Origin: Acinetobacter johnsonii CIP 64.6
Lineage (GTDB): Bacteria > Pseudomonadota > Gammaproteobacteria > Pseudomonadales > Moraxellaceae
Reading direction: 5' to 3'
Assembly: GCF_000368045.1 (NCBI RefSeq)
Contig: NZ_KB849235.1
Span: 61,643-77,107, forward strand
Length of the DNA: 15,465 nucleotides
The number at the start of each line of letters is the position of its first letter. Positions within the stretch are counted from its first letter, which is position 1. This document shows, piece after piece, positions 14,242 to 15,465 of the stretch. The translations under genes and the position numbers were made by a program. The notes below the pieces were generated by a model. The model saw nothing but the letters and a program-made list of their open reading frames with translations. It searched no databases and was not told the DNA's origin.

Positions 14242-14317
14242 TTGAATAGCCACTGATTTTGTAGACACCTTTTAATTAGTGGTGGACTGCCACTACTCTC
14301 CTAGACAAATTTAGCCT
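14242..14317 (+). repeat. 76-bp repeat, copy B
   Basis: Direct copy of 10830-10905. The hairpin GTGGTGG-ACTG-CCACTAC is retained; the single stem change converts G-C to G-T(U). Confidence 0.75.
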
Positions 14318-14608
14318 TTTCCTAAAACCTTTTTAGTAGGAAAATATGCATTCATAGCTAGGTTCATGAACCAAATATTTTATAAGTTATCACTTTAGTG
14401 CGCTAAGTAATTAAATTTATTGTTTATTAAACATAAATTTAATTGTGAACTAGATTCTAGGTGAACATAAGTTAAATAGCATATCCAAGACTGTGGCCTA
14501 CGCAACTCAGTTGGTGCCACAGCTCAGCAAAGTGAATCTGTAAAATTATATTCACGTTGCTGAGTATCCTAATGAACATAATATACGTTATGCCGAAATC
14601 CGTGAGCT

Positions 14609-14758
14609 TTATAATTGTTCATCTGTAAAAATATCAGAAATGATAATAAAAATTGCAGCAATAGTAACAGCAACACAGAAAGCCAATAAAAAATTCTCAA
14701 AAGTAAAATATTGAGTATATTTAAAATTAGGATCAGAAATAAAAACAGTCTCAAACAT
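14609..14758 (-). CDS. possible 49-aa membrane peptide (alternative frame to track ORF 14569..14766)
   Basis: ATG at 14758 with AGGGTG 5-6 nt upstream. Hand translation gives MFETVFISDPNFKYTQYFTFENFLLAFCVAVTIAAIFIIISDIFTDEQL. The track ORF starts at GTG and is a poly-Leu/Phe reading of AT-rich DNA. Confidence 0.25.
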   Translation of the reverse strand: MFETVFISDPNFKYTQYFTFENFLLAFCVAVTIAAIFIIISDIFTDEQL

Positions 14759-14826
14759 AAAAACACCCTATTTTGATTTAAATTTAGTCAATCGTAACCC
14801 GCATGTTATAAGCCGCTAATTCGTCA

Positions 14827-15060
14827 TTACAGCCTGTTTATGGTGTGATCCAATTTAATAAAAAGCACCTTTAAAATGTCAATCTCTCGAGCTAAATCTT
14901 CATTAGATAACTGCATGTTTTCTAAGTGTTTTTCTAGGCATTCACGCATAAAAATATAATCTTCTTTGCGTAAAACACCCTTGCTCCTACTGTATGCAAT
15001 TGTGCTATATACGTGTCTATTACTCATATCAGTTCGCACCCATTCGGGATGCTCTGCCAC
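14827..15060 (-). CDS. hypothetical protein (77 aa from GTG 15060, or 66 aa from ATG 15027)
   Basis: Only an ORF with ordinary amino-acid composition. No family recognised. Confidence 0.4.
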   Translation of the reverse strand: MAEHPEWVRTDMSNRHVYSTIAYSRSKGVLRKEDYIFMRECLEKHLENMQLSNEDLAREIDILKVLFIKLDHTINRL

Positions 15061-15154
15061 TACCGATCAAGTTTAAATGGGAGCTTGTAATCAAGGAGAA
15101 GATGGTCATAAAATCGAAACCTCGAATCACTCGTAGACACTCGTTCTACAAATT

Positions 15155-15343
15155 ATGGAATTAACTATGTTTGATTGCAGCATTGATAAATATGTATTTT
15201 GGTTTGGATTCATCATCGGTGGAATTATTTGCACTGCAATTTTCGAACTAATTCAAATGGTCATATTATCAATCAGTGGTGTAAAAAAACTAAGTAAAGA
15301 AATGGAAAGCAAAAGCAATGAACGCATAGAGCCAAAGCTATAA
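15155..15343 (+). CDS. hypothetical small membrane protein (62 aa)
   Basis: One clear TM helix (VFWFGFIIGGIICTAIFELIQMVILSI) followed by a charged tail. Confidence 0.35.
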   Translation: MELTMFDCSIDKYVFWFGFIIGGIICTAIFELIQMVILSISGVKKLSKEMESKSNERIEPKL

Positions 15344-15344
15344 A

Positions 15345-15425
15345 TTATCTTTGCCTATGCATAAAATACAGAATTAAAAGACCAAATCCAAAAACTACAG
15401 TCACACCACTTATAATTTCATTCAT
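15345..15425 (-). CDS. possible 26-aa hydrophobic peptide
   Basis: Hand translation gives MNEIISGVTVVFGFGLLILYFMHRQR. GGAG lies 11 nt upstream. It converges on the 15155..15343 ORF with a 1-nt gap. Confidence 0.2.
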   Translation of the reverse strand: MNEIISGVTVVFGFGLLILYFMHRQR

Positions 15426-15465
15426 AGTGAATGCGCTCCAGTAATCACCCTTGAAACTTTTTGTT

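Noticed and set aside
14569-14766. 65-aa poly-Leu/Phe ORF from the track
   Set aside because: It starts at GTG with no RBS and has a low-complexity composition. An alternative frame with ATG plus RBS looks more gene-like, though that one is also only weakly supported.
1-15465. Search by eye for CRISPR arrays, tRNA/rRNA genes and a second dif-like site
   Set aside because: I found no regularly spaced direct repeats, no cloverleaf-compatible segment and no further TTATGTTAAAT/ATTTAACATAA-type site. Weak partial matches (for example ATACGTTAAGT at 6328-6338) were too degenerate to report.

Overview
This is a mosaic accessory region with Acinetobacter-type content: ISAba125-like and ISAba3-like insertion sequences plus acetoin/2,3-butanediol genes. 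All family assignments come from reading motifs by eye; no searches were run. Contents from left to right. (i) A compact filamentous (Inoviridae-type) prophage lies on the minus strand at about 499-6317. Its gene order is rep, ssDNA-binding protein, two micro-ORFs, major coat, terminator, adsorption protein, g6p-like protein, Zot-like ATPase. It also has a divergent small RHH-type regulator and a GTATAC-palindrome operator array. (ii) A dif-like XerC/XerD-type site (6289-6317) sits at the phage edge. (iii) Two adjacent, very AT-rich, unusually long tyrosine recombinase genes follow (6451-7788 and 7792 onward) and resemble the Tn554 TnpA/TnpB type. The second is interrupted 18 sense codons before its natural stop by a 1087-bp ISAba125-like element with a 3-bp AGG target duplication. 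(iv) A 5'-truncated DUF2132/VF530-like gene remnant probably marks the right junction of the inserted DNA. (v) Next come butanediol dehydrogenase and acetoin reductase genes, then the 3' end of a dihydrolipoamide dehydrogenase gene cut by a 788-bp IS1-family (ISAba3-like) element with no target duplication. (vi) A 76-bp direct repeat pair with a conserved hairpin brackets that block. (vii) The right-hand end is AT-rich, with palindromes and only small hydrophobic ORFs.
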